Shown piece by piece: positions 24,301 to 36,677 of a stretch of 36,677 nucleotides of DNA. The DNA lies in NCBI GenBank assembly GCA_032718475.1, contig JAUCBJ010006431.1, positions 1 to 36,677 of the forward strand, read 5' to 3'. This DNA is from Nemertoderma westbladi. Its lineage: Eukaryota > Animalia > Xenacoelomorpha. Numbering within the stretch: position 1 is the first letter of the stretch; the number at the start of each line of letters is the position of its first letter. The notes beneath the pieces are model-generated. The model was not told the DNA's origin, did not search any database, and saw nothing but the letters and a program-made list of their open reading frames with translations. Position numbers and translations under genes: made by a program.

Positions 24301-27300
24301 ATTGTATGACATAAGATGAATTCTGTTAACTCAATCCAGAAATTGTACGACATGAGACGGAGTCTGTTAACTCAATTTGGAGATTGTGCGACATGAGTCG
24401 GAGTCTGTTAACTCAATCTGGAGATTGTGCGACATGAGTCGGAGTCTGTTAACTCAATCTGGAGATTGTATGACATGATATGGAGTCTGTTAACTCAATC
24501 TGGAGATTGTGCGACATGAGTCGGAGTCTGTTAACTCAATCTGGAGATTGTATGACATGATATGGAGTCTGTTAACTCAATCTGGAGATTGTATGACATG
24601 ATATGGAGTAGCTGTTAACTCAATCTGGAGATTGTATGGCATGATATGGAGTCTGTTAACTCAATCTGGAGATTGTGCGACATGAGTCGGAGTCTGTTAA
24701 CTCAATCTGGAGATTGTGCGACATGAGTCGGAGTCTGTTAACTCAATCTGGAGATTGTATGACATGATATGGAGTCTGTTAACTCAATCTGGAGATTGTG
24801 CGACATGAGTCGGAGTCTGTTAACTCAATCTGGAGATTGTATGGCATGATATGGAGTCTGTTAAATCAATCTGGAGATTGTATGACATCATATGGAGTAG
24901 CTGTTAACTCAATCTGGAGATTGTATGGCATGATATGGAGTCTGTTAACTCAATCTGGAGATTGTATGACATGATATGGAGTCTGTTAACTCAATCTGGA
25001 GATTGTATGACATGATATGGAGTCTGTTAACTCAATCTGGAGATTGTATGACATGATATGGAGTAGCTGTTAACTCAATCTGGAGATTGTATGGCATGAT
25101 ATGGAGTCTGTTAACTCAATCTGGAGATTGTATGACATGATATGGAGTAGCTGTTAACTCAATCTGGAGATTGTATGGCATGATATGGAGTCTGTTAACT
25201 CAATCTGGAGATTGTATGACATGATATGGAGTCTGTTAACTCAATCTGGAGATTGCATGACATGATATGGAGTCTGTTAACTCAATCTGGAGATTGTATG
25301 ACATGATATGGAGTCTGTTAACTCAATCTGGAGATTGTATGACATGATATGGAGTCTGTTAACTCAATCTTGAGATTGTGCGACATGAGTCGAAGTCTGT
25401 TAACTCATTCTGGAGATTGTGCGCCATGAGTCGGAGTCTGTTAACTCAATCCGTATATTGTATGACATGAGATGGAGTCTGTTAACTCAATTCGGAGATT
25501 GTGCGACATGAAATGAAGTCTGTTAACTCAATCTTGAGATTGTGCGACATGAGTCGGAGTCTGTTAACTTATTTTGGAGATTGTGCGACATGAGCCGGAG
25601 TCTGTTAACTCAATCCGGATATTGTATGACATGATATGGAGTCGGTTAACTCAATTCGGAGATTGTGCGACATGAGATGGTGTCTGTTAACTCAATCTTG
25701 AGATTGTGCGACATGAGTCAGAGTCTGTTAACTCATTCTGGAGATTGTGCGACATGAGTCGGAGTCTGTTAACTCAATCCGGATATTGTATGACATGAGA
25801 TGAATTCTGTTAACTCATTCCAGAGATTGTACAACATGAGACGGAGTCTGTTAACTTAATCCGGAGATTGTGCGACATGAGATGGAGTCTGTTAACTCAT
25901 TCTGAAGATTGTGCACATGAGTCGGAGTCTGTAAACTCATTCTGGAGATTGTGCGACATGAGTCGGAGTCTGTTAACTCAATCCGGATATTGTATGACAT
26001 AAGATGAATTCTGTTAACTCAATCCAGAGATTGTACGACATGAGTTGGAGTCTGTTAACTCAATTTGGAGATTGTGCGACATGAGTCGGTGTCTGTTAAC
26101 TCAATCTGGAGATTGTATGACATGATATGGAGTCTGTTAACTCAATCTGGAGATTGTATGACATGATATAGAGTAGCTGTTAACTCAATCTGGAGATTGT
26201 ATGACATAAGATTAATTCTGTTAACTCAATCCAGAGATTGTACGACATGAGACGGAGTCTGTTAACTCAATTTGGAGATTGTGCGACATGAGTCGGAGTC
26301 TGTTAACTCACTCTGGAGATTGTGCGACATGAGTCGGAGTCTGTTAACTCAATCTGGAGATTGTATGACATGATATGGAATCTGTTAACTCAATCTGGAG
26401 ATTGTGCGACATGAGTCGGAGTCTGTTAACTCAATCTGGAGATTGTATGACATGATATGGAGTCTGTTAACTCAATCTGGAGATTGTATGACATGATATG
26501 GAGTAGCTGTTAACTCAATCTGGAGATTGTATGGCATGATATGGAGTCTGTTAACTCAATCTGGAGATTGTGCGACATGAGTCGGAGTCTGTTAACTCAA
26601 TCTGGAGATTGTGCGACATGAGTCGGAGTCTGTTAACTCAATCTGGAGATTGTATGACATGATATGGAGTCTGTTAACTCAATCTGGAGATTGTGCGACA
26701 TGAGTCGGAGTCTGTTAACTCAATCTGGAGATTGTATGGCATGATATGGAGTCTGTTAAATCAATCTGGAGATTGTATGACATGATATGGAGTAGCTGTT
26801 AACTCAATCTGGAGATTGTATGGCATGATATGGAGTCTGTTAACTCAATCTGGAGATTGTATGACATGATATGGAGTCTGTTAACTCAATCTGGAGATTG
26901 TATGACATGATATGGAGTCTGTTAACTCAATCTGGAGATTGTATGACATGATATGGAGTAGCTGTTAACTCAATCTGGAGATTGTATGGCATGATATGGA
27001 GTCTGTTAACTCAATCTGGAGATTGTATGACATGATATGGTGTAGCTGTTAACTCAATCTGGAGATTGTATGGCATGATATGGAGTCTGTTAACTCAATC
27101 TGGAGATTGTATGACATGATATGGAGTCTGTTAACTCAATCTGGAGATTGCATGACATGATATGGAGTCTGTTAACTCAATCTGGAGATTGTATGACATG
27201 ATATGGAGTCTGTTAACTCAATCTGGAGATTGTATGACATGATATGGAGTCTGTTAACTCAATCTTGAGATTGTGCGACATGAGTCGAAGTCTGTTAACT

Positions 27301-30300
27301 CATTCTGGAGATTGTGCGCCATGAGTCGGAGTCTGTTAACTCAATCCGTATATTGTATGACATGAGATGGAGTCTGTTAACTCAATTCGGAGATTGTGCG
27401 ACATGAAATGAAGTCTGTTAACTCAATCTTGAGATTGTGCGACATGAGTCGGAGTCTGTTAACTTATTTTGGAGATTGTGCGACATGAGCCGGAGTCTGT
27501 TAACTCAATCCGGATATTGTATGACATGATATGGAGTCGGTTAACTCAATTCGGAGATTGTGCGACATGAGATGGTGTCTGTTAACTCAATCTTGAGATT
27601 GTGCGACATGAGTCAGAGTCTGTTAACTCATTCTGGAGATTGTGCGACATGAGTCGGAGTCTGTTAACTCAATCCGGATATTGTATGACATGAGATGAAT
27701 TCTGTTAACTCATTCCAGAGATTGTACGACATGAGACGGAGTCTGTTAACTTAATCCGGAGATTGTGCGACATGAGATGGAGTCTGTTAACTCATTCTGA
27801 AGATTGTGCACATGAGTCGGAGTCTGTCAACTCATTCTGGAGATTGTGCGACATGAGTCGGAGTCTGTTAACTCAATCCGGATATTGTATGACATAAGAT
27901 GAATTCTGTTAACTCAATCCAGAGATTGTACGACATGAGACGGAGTCTGTTAACTCAATTTGGAGATTGTGCGACATGAGTCGGAGTCTGTTAACTCAAT
28001 CTGGAGATTGTATGACATGATATGGAGTCTGTTAACTCAATCTGGAGATTGTATGACATGATATAGAGTAGCTGTTAACTCAATCTGGAGATTGTATGGC
28101 ATGATATGGAGTCTGTTAACTCAATCTGGAGATTGTATGACATAAGATGAATTCTGTTAACTCAATCCAGAAATTGTACGACATGAGACGGAGTCTGTTA
28201 ACTCAATTTGGAGATTGTGCGACATGAGTCGGAGTCTGTTAACTCAATCTGGAGATTGTGCGACATGAGTCGGAGTCTGTTAACTCAATCTGGAGATTGT
28301 ATGACATGATATGGAGTCTGTTAACTCAATCTGGAGATTGTGCGACATGAGTCGGAGTCTGTTAACTCAATCTGGAGATTGTATGACATGATATGGAGTC
28401 TGTTAACTCAATCTGGAGATTGTATGACATGATATGGAGTAGCTGTTAACTCAATCTGGAGATTGTATGGCATGATATGGAGTCTGTTAACTCAATCTGG
28501 AGATTGTGCGACATGAGTCGGAGTCTGTTAACTCAATCTGGAGATTGTGCGACATGAGTCGGAGTCTGTTAACTCAATCTGGAGATTGTATGACATGATA
28601 TGGAGTCTGTTAACTCAATCTGGAGATTGTGCGACATGAGTCGGAGTCTGTTAACTCAATCTGGAGATTGTATGGCATGATATGGAGTCTGTTAAATCAA
28701 TCTGGAGATTGTATGACATGATATGGAGTAGCTGTTAACTCAATCTGGAGATTGTATGGCATGATATGGAGTCTGTTAACTCAATCTGGAGATTGTATGA
28801 CATGATATGGAGTCTGTTAACTCAATCTGGAGATTGTATGACATGATATGGAGTCTGTTAACTCAATCTGGAGATTGTATGACATGATATGGAGTAGCTG
28901 TTAACTCAATCTGGAGATTGTATGGCATGATATGGAGTCTGTTAACTCAATCTGGAGATTGTATGACATGATATGGAGTAGCTGTTAACTCAATCTGGAG
29001 ATTGTATGGCATGATATGGAGTCTGTTAACTCAATCTGGAGATTGTATGACATGATATGGAGTAGCTGTTAACTCAATCTGGAGATTGTATGGCATGATA
29101 TGGAGTCTGTTAACTCAATCTGGAGATTGTATGACATGATATGGAGTCTGTTAACTCAATCTGGAGATTGTATGACATGATATGGAGTCTGTTAACTCAA
29201 TCTTGAGATTGTGCGACATGAGTCGAAGTCTGTTAACTCATTCTGGAGATTGTGCGCCATGAGTCGGAGTCTGTTAACTCAATCCGTATATTGTATGACA
29301 TGAGATGGAGTCTGTTAACTCAATTCGGAGATTGTGCGACATGAAATGAAGTCTGTTAACTCAATCTTGAGATTGTGCGACATGAGTCGGAGTCTGTTAA
29401 CTTATTTTGGAGATTGTGCGACATGAGCCGGAGTCTGTTAACTCAATCCGGATATTGTATGACATGATATGGAGTCGGTTAACTCAATTCGGAGATTGTG
29501 CGACATGAGATGGTGTCTGTTAACTCAATCTTGAGATTGTGCGACATGAGTCAGAGTCTGTTAACTCATTCTGGAGATTGTGCGACATGAGTCGGAGTCT
29601 GTTAACTCAATCCGGATATTGTATGACATGAGATGAATTCTGTTAACTCATTCCAGAGATTGTACGACATGAGACGGAGTCTATTAACTTAATCCGGAGA
29701 TTGTGCGACATGAGATGGAGTCTGTTAACTCATTCTGAAGATTGTGCACATGAGTCGGAGTCTGTAAACTCATTCTGGAGATTGTGCGACATGAGTCGGA
29801 GTCTGTTAACTCAATCCGGATATTGTATGACATAAGATGAATTCTGTTAACTCAATCCAGAGATTGTACGACATGAGTTGGAGTCTGTTAACTCAATTTG
29901 GAGATTGTGCGACATGAGTCGGTGTCTGTTAACTCAATCTGGAGATTGTATGACATGATATGGAGTCTGTTAACTCAATCTGGAGATTGTATGACATGAT
30001 ATAGAGTAGCTGTTAACTCAATCTGGAGATTGTATGACATAAGATTAATTCTGTTAACTCAATCCAGAGATTGTACGACATGAGACGGAGTCTGTTAACT
30101 CAATTTAGAGATTGTGCGACATGAGTCGGAGTCTGTTAACTCACTCTGGAGATTGTGCGACATGAGTCGGAGTCTGTTAACTCAATCTGGAGATTGTATG
30201 ACATGATATGGAATCTGTTAACTCAATCTGGAGATTGTGCGACATGAGTCGGAGTCTGTTAACTCAATCTGGAGATTGTATGACATGATATGGAGTCTGT

Positions 30301-33300
30301 TAACTCAATCTGGAGATTATATGACATGATATGGAGTAGCTGTTAACTCAATCTGGAGATTGTATGGCATGATATGGAGTGTGTTAACTCAATCTGGAGA
30401 TTGTATGACATGATATGGAGTAGCTGTTAACTCAATCTGGAGATTGTATGGCATGATATGGAGTCTGTTAACTCAATTCGGAGATTGTATGACATGAGAT
30501 GAATTCTGTTAACTCAATCCAGAGATTGTACGACATGAGATAGAGTCTGTTAACTCAATCTTGAGAATGTGCGACATGAGTCGAAGTCTGTTAACTCATT
30601 CTGGAGATTGTGCGCCATGAGTCGGAGTCTGTTAACTCAATCCGTATATTGTATGACATGAGATGGAGTATGTTAACTCAATTCGGAGATTGTGCGACAT
30701 GAAATGAAGTCTGTTAACTCAATCTTGAGATTGTGCGACATGAGTCGGAGTCTGTTAACTTATTTTGGAGATTGTGCGACATGAGCCGGAGTCTGTTAAC
30801 TCAATCCGGATATTGTATGACATGATATGGAGTCGGTTAACTCAATTCGGAGATTGTGCGACATGAGATGGTGTCTGTTAACTCAATCTTGAGATTGTGC
30901 GACATGAGTCAGAGTCTGTTAACTCATTCTGGAGATTGTGCGACATGAGTCGGAGTCTGTTAACTCAATCCGGATATTGTATGACATGAGATGAATTCTG
31001 TTAACTCATTCCAGAGATTGTACGACATGAGACGGAGTTTGTTAACTTAATCCGGAGATTGTGCGACATGAGATGGAGTCTGTTAACTCATTCTGAAGAT
31101 TGTGCACATGAGTCGGAGTCTGTCAACTCATTCTGGAGATTGTGCGACATGAGTCGGAGTCTGTTAACTCAATCCGGATATTGTATGACATAAGATGAAT
31201 TCTGTTAACTCAATCCAGAGATTGTACGACATGAGACGGAGTCTGTTAACTCAATTTGGAGATTGTGCGACATGAGTCGGAGTCTGTTAACTCAATCTGG
31301 AGATTGTGCGACATGAGTCGGAGTCTGTTAACTCAATCATCTCCATATCATGATATGGAGTCTGTTAACTCAATCTGGAGATTGTATGACATGATATGGA
31401 GTAGCTGTTAACTCAATCTGGAGATTGTATGGCATGATATGGAGTCTGTTAACTCAATCTGGAGATTGTATGACATGATATGGAGTCTGTTAACTCAATC
31501 TGGAGATTGTATGACATGATATGGAGTAGCTGTTAACTCAATCTGGAGATTGTATGGCATGATATGGAGTCTGTTAACTCAATCTGGAGATTGTATGACA
31601 TGATATGGAGTAGCTGTTAACTCAATCTGGAGATTGTATGGCATGATATGGAGTCTGTTAACTCAATCTGGAGATTGTATGACATGATATGGAGTCTGTT
31701 AACTCAATCTGGAGATTGCATGACATGATATGGAGTCTGTTAACTCAATCTGGAGATTGTATGACATGATATGGAGTCTGTTAACTCAATCTGGAGATTG
31801 TATGACATGATATGGAGTCTGTTAACTCAATTCGGAGATTGTATGACATGAGATGAATTCTGTTAACTCAATCCAGAGATTGTACGACATGAGATAGAGT
31901 CTGTTAACTCAATCTTGAGAATGTGCGACATGAGTCGAAGTTTTGTTAACTCATTCTGGAGATTGTGCGCCATGAGTCGGAGTCTGTTAACTCAATCCGT
32001 ATATTGTATGACATGAGATGGAGTATGTTAACTCAATTCGGAGATTGTGCGACATGAAATGAAGTCTGTTAACTCAATCTTGAGATTGTGCGACATGAGT
32101 CGGAGTCTGTTAACTTATTTTGGAGATTGTGCGACATGAGCCGGAGTCTGTTAACTCAATCCGGATATTGTATGACATGATATGGAGTCGGTTAACTCAA
32201 TTCGGAGATTGTGCGACATGAGATGGTGTCTGTTAACTCAATCTTGAGATTGTGCGACATGAGTCAGAGTCTGTTAACTCATTCTGGAGATTGTGCGACA
32301 TGAGTCGGAGTCTGTTAACTCAATCCGGATATTGTATGACATGAGATGAATTCTGTTAACTCATTCCAGAGATTGTACGACATGAGACGGAGTCTGTTAA
32401 CTTAATCCGGAGATTGTGCGACATGAGATGGAGTCTGTTAACTCATTCTGAAGATTGTGCACATGAGTCGGAGTCTGTCAACTCATTCTGGAGATTGTGC
32501 GACATGAGTCGGAGTCTGTTAACTCAATCCGGATATTGTATGACATAAGATGAATTCTGTTAACTCAATCCAGAGATTGTACGACATGAGACGGAGTCTG
32601 TTAACTCAATTTGGAGATTGTGCGACATGAGTCGGAGTCTGTTAACTCAATCTGGAGATTGTATGACATGATATGGAGTCTGTTAACTCAATCTGGAGAT
32701 TGTATGACATGATATAGAGTAGCTGTTAACTCAATCTGGAGATTGTATGACATAAGATTAGATTCTGTTAACTCAATCCAGAGATTGTACGACATGAGAC
32801 GGAGTCTGTTAACTCAATTTGGAGATTGTGCGACATGAGTCGGAGTCTGTTAACTCAATCTGGAGATTGTGCGACATGAGTCGGAGTCTGTTAACTCAAT
32901 CTGGAGATTGTATGACATGATATGGAGTCTGTTAACTCAATCTGGAGATTGTGCGACATGAGTCGGAGTCTGTTAACTCAATCTGGAGATTGTATGACAT
33001 GATATGGAGTCTGTTAACTCAATCTGGAGATTGTATGACATGATATGGAGTAGCTGTTAACTCAATCTGGAGATTGTATGGCATGATATGGAGTCTGTTA
33101 ACTCAATCTGGAGATTGTATGACATGATATGGAGTAGCTGTTAACTCAATCTGGAGATTGTATGGCATGATATGGAGTCTGTTAACTCAATTCGGAGATT
33201 GTATGACATGAGATGAATTCTGTTAACTCAATCCAGAGATTGTACGACATGAGATAGAGTCTGTTAACTCAATCTTGAGATTGTGCGACATGAGTCGAAG

Positions 33301-36300
33301 TCTGTTAACTCATTCTGGAGATTGTGCGCCATGAGTCGGAGTCTGTTAACTCAATCCGTATATTGTATGACATGAGATGGAGTCTGTTAACTCAATTCGG
33401 AGATTGTGCGACATGAAATGAAGTCTGTTAACTCAATCTTGAGATTGTGCGACATGAGTCGGAGTCTGTTAACTTATTTTGGAGATTGTGCGACATGAGC
33501 CGGAGTCTGTTAACTCAATCCGGATATTGTATGACATGATATGGAGTCGGTTAACTCAATTCGGAGATTGTGCGACATGAGATGGTGTCTGTTAACTCAA
33601 TCTTGAGATTGTGCGACATGAGTCAGAGTCTGTTAACTCATTCTGGAGATTGTGCGACATGAGTCGGAGTCTGTTAACTCAATCCGGATATTGTATGACA
33701 TGAGATGAATTCTGTTAACTCATTCCAGAGATTGTACGACATGAGACGGAGTCTGTTAACTTAATCCGGAGATTGTGCGACATGAGATGGAGTCTGTTAA
33801 CTCATTCTGAAGATTGTGCACATGAGTCGGAGTCTGTCAACTCATTCTGGAGATTGTGCGACATGAGTCGGAGTCTGTTAACTCAATCCGGATATTGTAT
33901 GACATAAGATGAATTCTGTTAACTCAATCCAGAGATTGTACGACATGAGACGGAGTCTGTTAACTCAATTTGGAGATTGTGCGACATGAGTCGGAGTCTG
34001 TTAACTCAATCTGGAGATTGTATGACATGATATGGAGTCTGTTAACTCAATCTGGAGATTGTATGACATGATATAGAGTAGCTGTTAACTCAATCTGGAG
34101 ATTGTATGGCATGATATGGAGTCTGTTAACTCAATCTGGAGATTGTATGACATAAGATGAATTCTGTTAACTCAATCCAGAAATTGTACGACATGAGACG
34201 GAGTCTGTTAACTCAATTTGGAGATTGTGCGACATGAGTCGGAGTCTGTTAACTCAATCTGGAGATTGTGCGACATGAGTCGGAGTCTGTTAACTCAATC
34301 TGGAGATTGTATGACATGATATGGAGTCTGTTAACTCAATCTGGAGATTGTGCGACATGAGTCGGAGTCTGTTAACTCAATCTGGAGATTGTATGACATG
34401 ATATGGAGTCTGTTAACTCAATCTGGAGATTGTATGACATGATATGGAGTAGCTGTTAACTCAATCTGGAGATTGTATGGCATGATATGGAGTCTGTTAA
34501 CTCAATCTGGAGATTGTGCGACATGAGTCGGAGTCTGTTAACTCAATCTGGAGATTGTGCGACATGAGTCGGAGTCTGTTAACTCAATCTGGAGATTGTA
34601 TGACATGATATGGAGTCTGTTAACTCAATCTGGAGATTGTGCGACATGAGTCGGAGTCTGTTAACTCAATCTGGAGATTGTATGGCATGATATGGAGTCT
34701 GTTAAATCAATCTGGAGATTGTATGACATGATATGGAGTAGCTGTTAACTCAATCTGGAGATTGTATGGCATGATATGGAGTCTGTTAACTCAATCTGGA
34801 GATTGTATGACATGATATGGAGTCTGTTAACTCAATCTGGAGATTGTATGACATGATATGGAGTCTGTTAACTCAATCTGGAGATTGTATGACATGATAT
34901 GGAGTAGCTGTTAACTCAATCTGGAGATTGTATGGCATGATATGGAGTCTGTTAACTCAATCTGGAGATTGTATGACATGATATGGAGTAGCTGTTAACT
35001 CAATCTGGAGATTGTATGGCATGATATGGAGTCTGTTAACTCAATCTGGAGATTGTATGACATGATATGGAGTCTGTTAACTCAATCTGGAGATTGCATG
35101 ACATGATATGGAGTCTGTTAACTCAATCTGGAGATTGTATGACATGATATGGAGTCTGTTAACTCAATCTGGAGATTGTATGACATGATATGGAGTCTGT
35201 TAACTCAATCTTGAGATTGTGCGACATGAGTCGAAGTCTGTTAACTCATTCTGGAGATTGTGCGCCATGAGTCGGAGTCTGTTAACTCAATCCGTATATT
35301 GTATGACATGAGATGGAGTCTGTTAACTCAATTCGGAGATTGTGCGACATGAAATGAAGTCTGTTAACTCAATCTTGAGATTGTGCGACATGAGTCGGAG
35401 TCTGTTAACTTATTTTGGAGATTGTGCGACATGAGCCGGAGTCTGTTAACTCAATCCGGATATTGTATGACATGATATGGAGTCGGTTAACTCAATTCGG
35501 AGATTGTGCGACATGAGATGGTGTCTGTTAACTCAATCTTGAGATTGTGCGACATGAGTCAGAGTCTGTTAACTCATTCTGGAGATTGTGCGACATGAGT
35601 CGGAGTCTGTTAACTCAATCCGGATATTGTATGACATGAGATGAATTCTGTTAACTCATTCCAGAGATTGTACAACATGAGACGGAGTCTGTTAACTTAA
35701 TCCGGAGATTGTGCGACATGAGATGGAGTCTGTTAACTCATTCTGAAGATTGTGCACATGAGTCGGAGTCTGTAAACTCATTCTGGAGATTGTGCGACAT
35801 GAGTCGGAGTCTGTTAACTCAATCCGGATATTGTATGACATAAGATGAATTCTGTTAACTCAATCCAGAGATTGTACGACATGAGTTGGAGTCTGTTAAC
35901 TCAATTTGGAGATTGTGCGACATGAGTCGGTGTCTGTTAACTCAATCTGGAGATTGTATGACATGATATGGAGTCTGTTAACTCAATCTGGAGATTGTAT
36001 GACATGATATAGAGTAGCTGTTAACTCAATCTGGAGATTGTATGACATAAGATTAATTCTGTTAACTCAATCCAGAGATTGTACGACATGAGACGGAGTC
36101 TGTTAACTCAATTTGGAGATTGTGCGACATGAGTCGGAGTCTGTTAACTCACTCTGGAGATTGTGCGACATGAGTCGGAGTCTGTTAACTCAATCTGGAG
36201 ATTGTATGACATGATATGGAATCTGTTAACTCAATCTGGAGATTGTGCGACATGAGTCGGAGTCTGTTAACTCAATCTGGAGATTGTATGACATGATATG

Positions 36301-36677
36301 GAGTCTGTTAACTCAATCTGGAGATTGTATGACATGATATGGAGTAGCTGTTAACTCAATCTGGAGATTGTATGGCATGATATGGAGTCTGTTAACTCAA
36401 TCTGGAGATTGTATGACATGATATGGAGTAGCTGTTAACTCAATCTGGAGATTGTATGGCATGATATGGAGTCTGTTAACTCAATTCGGAGATTGTATGA
36501 CATGAGATGAATTCTGTTAACTCAATCCAGAGATTGTACGACATGAGATAGAGTCTGTTAACTCAATCTTGAGATTGTGCGACATGAGTCGAAGTCTGTT
36601 AACTCATTCTGGAGATTGTGCGCCATGAGTCGGAGTCTGTTAACTCAATCCGTATATTGTATGACATGAGATGGAGT
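12345..36677. repeat. 41-bp satellite, main block with higher-order repeats; continues past the window end
   Basis: Head-to-tail 41-bp monomers with 40-bp (TGTGCACATG; GGAATTGTT) and 43-bp (GGAGTAGCTG) variants that recur in ordered patterns. Confidence 0.99.

Noticed and set aside
8498-36677. CRISPR array
   Set aside because: Monomers are contiguous with no unique spacers, there are no cas genes, and the context is eukaryotic.
8498-36677. Repetitive protein-coding gene or combinatorial code in the satellite
   Set aside because: The 41-bp period shifts frame and contains frequent stops, and the ORF track shows no ORFs within it. The variants are explained by point mutation and duplication.

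Overview
AT-rich eukaryotic (probably invertebrate animal) DNA with no prokaryotic features. Bases 1-8500 hold one intact, intronless host gene (CCNDBP1/GCIP, 2565-3683) among transposon relics. These relics are a Penelope-type minimal hammerhead, a foldback/MITE, a tRNA-derived SINE head, a CR1/L2-type LINE 3' fragment and two decayed copies of a CCHC zinc-knuckle (gag-like) ORF. From about 8498 to the end is a ~28 kb, 41-bp satellite with nested higher-order repeats, and it begins in register inside the second gag-like copy. A young 1.66 kb non-coding insertion (10688-12344) with a 13-bp target-site duplication interrupts the satellite. It consists of tandem 667/677-bp units, each carrying a hammerhead ribozyme core, so it looks retrozyme- or Penelope-like. 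The most unusual feature is that this hammerhead has no cleavage strand in the normal position; a perfectly complementary one (GCGUA^CUGG) lies inside its own stem II hairpin. All coordinates were read by eye, and no searches or folding programs were run.
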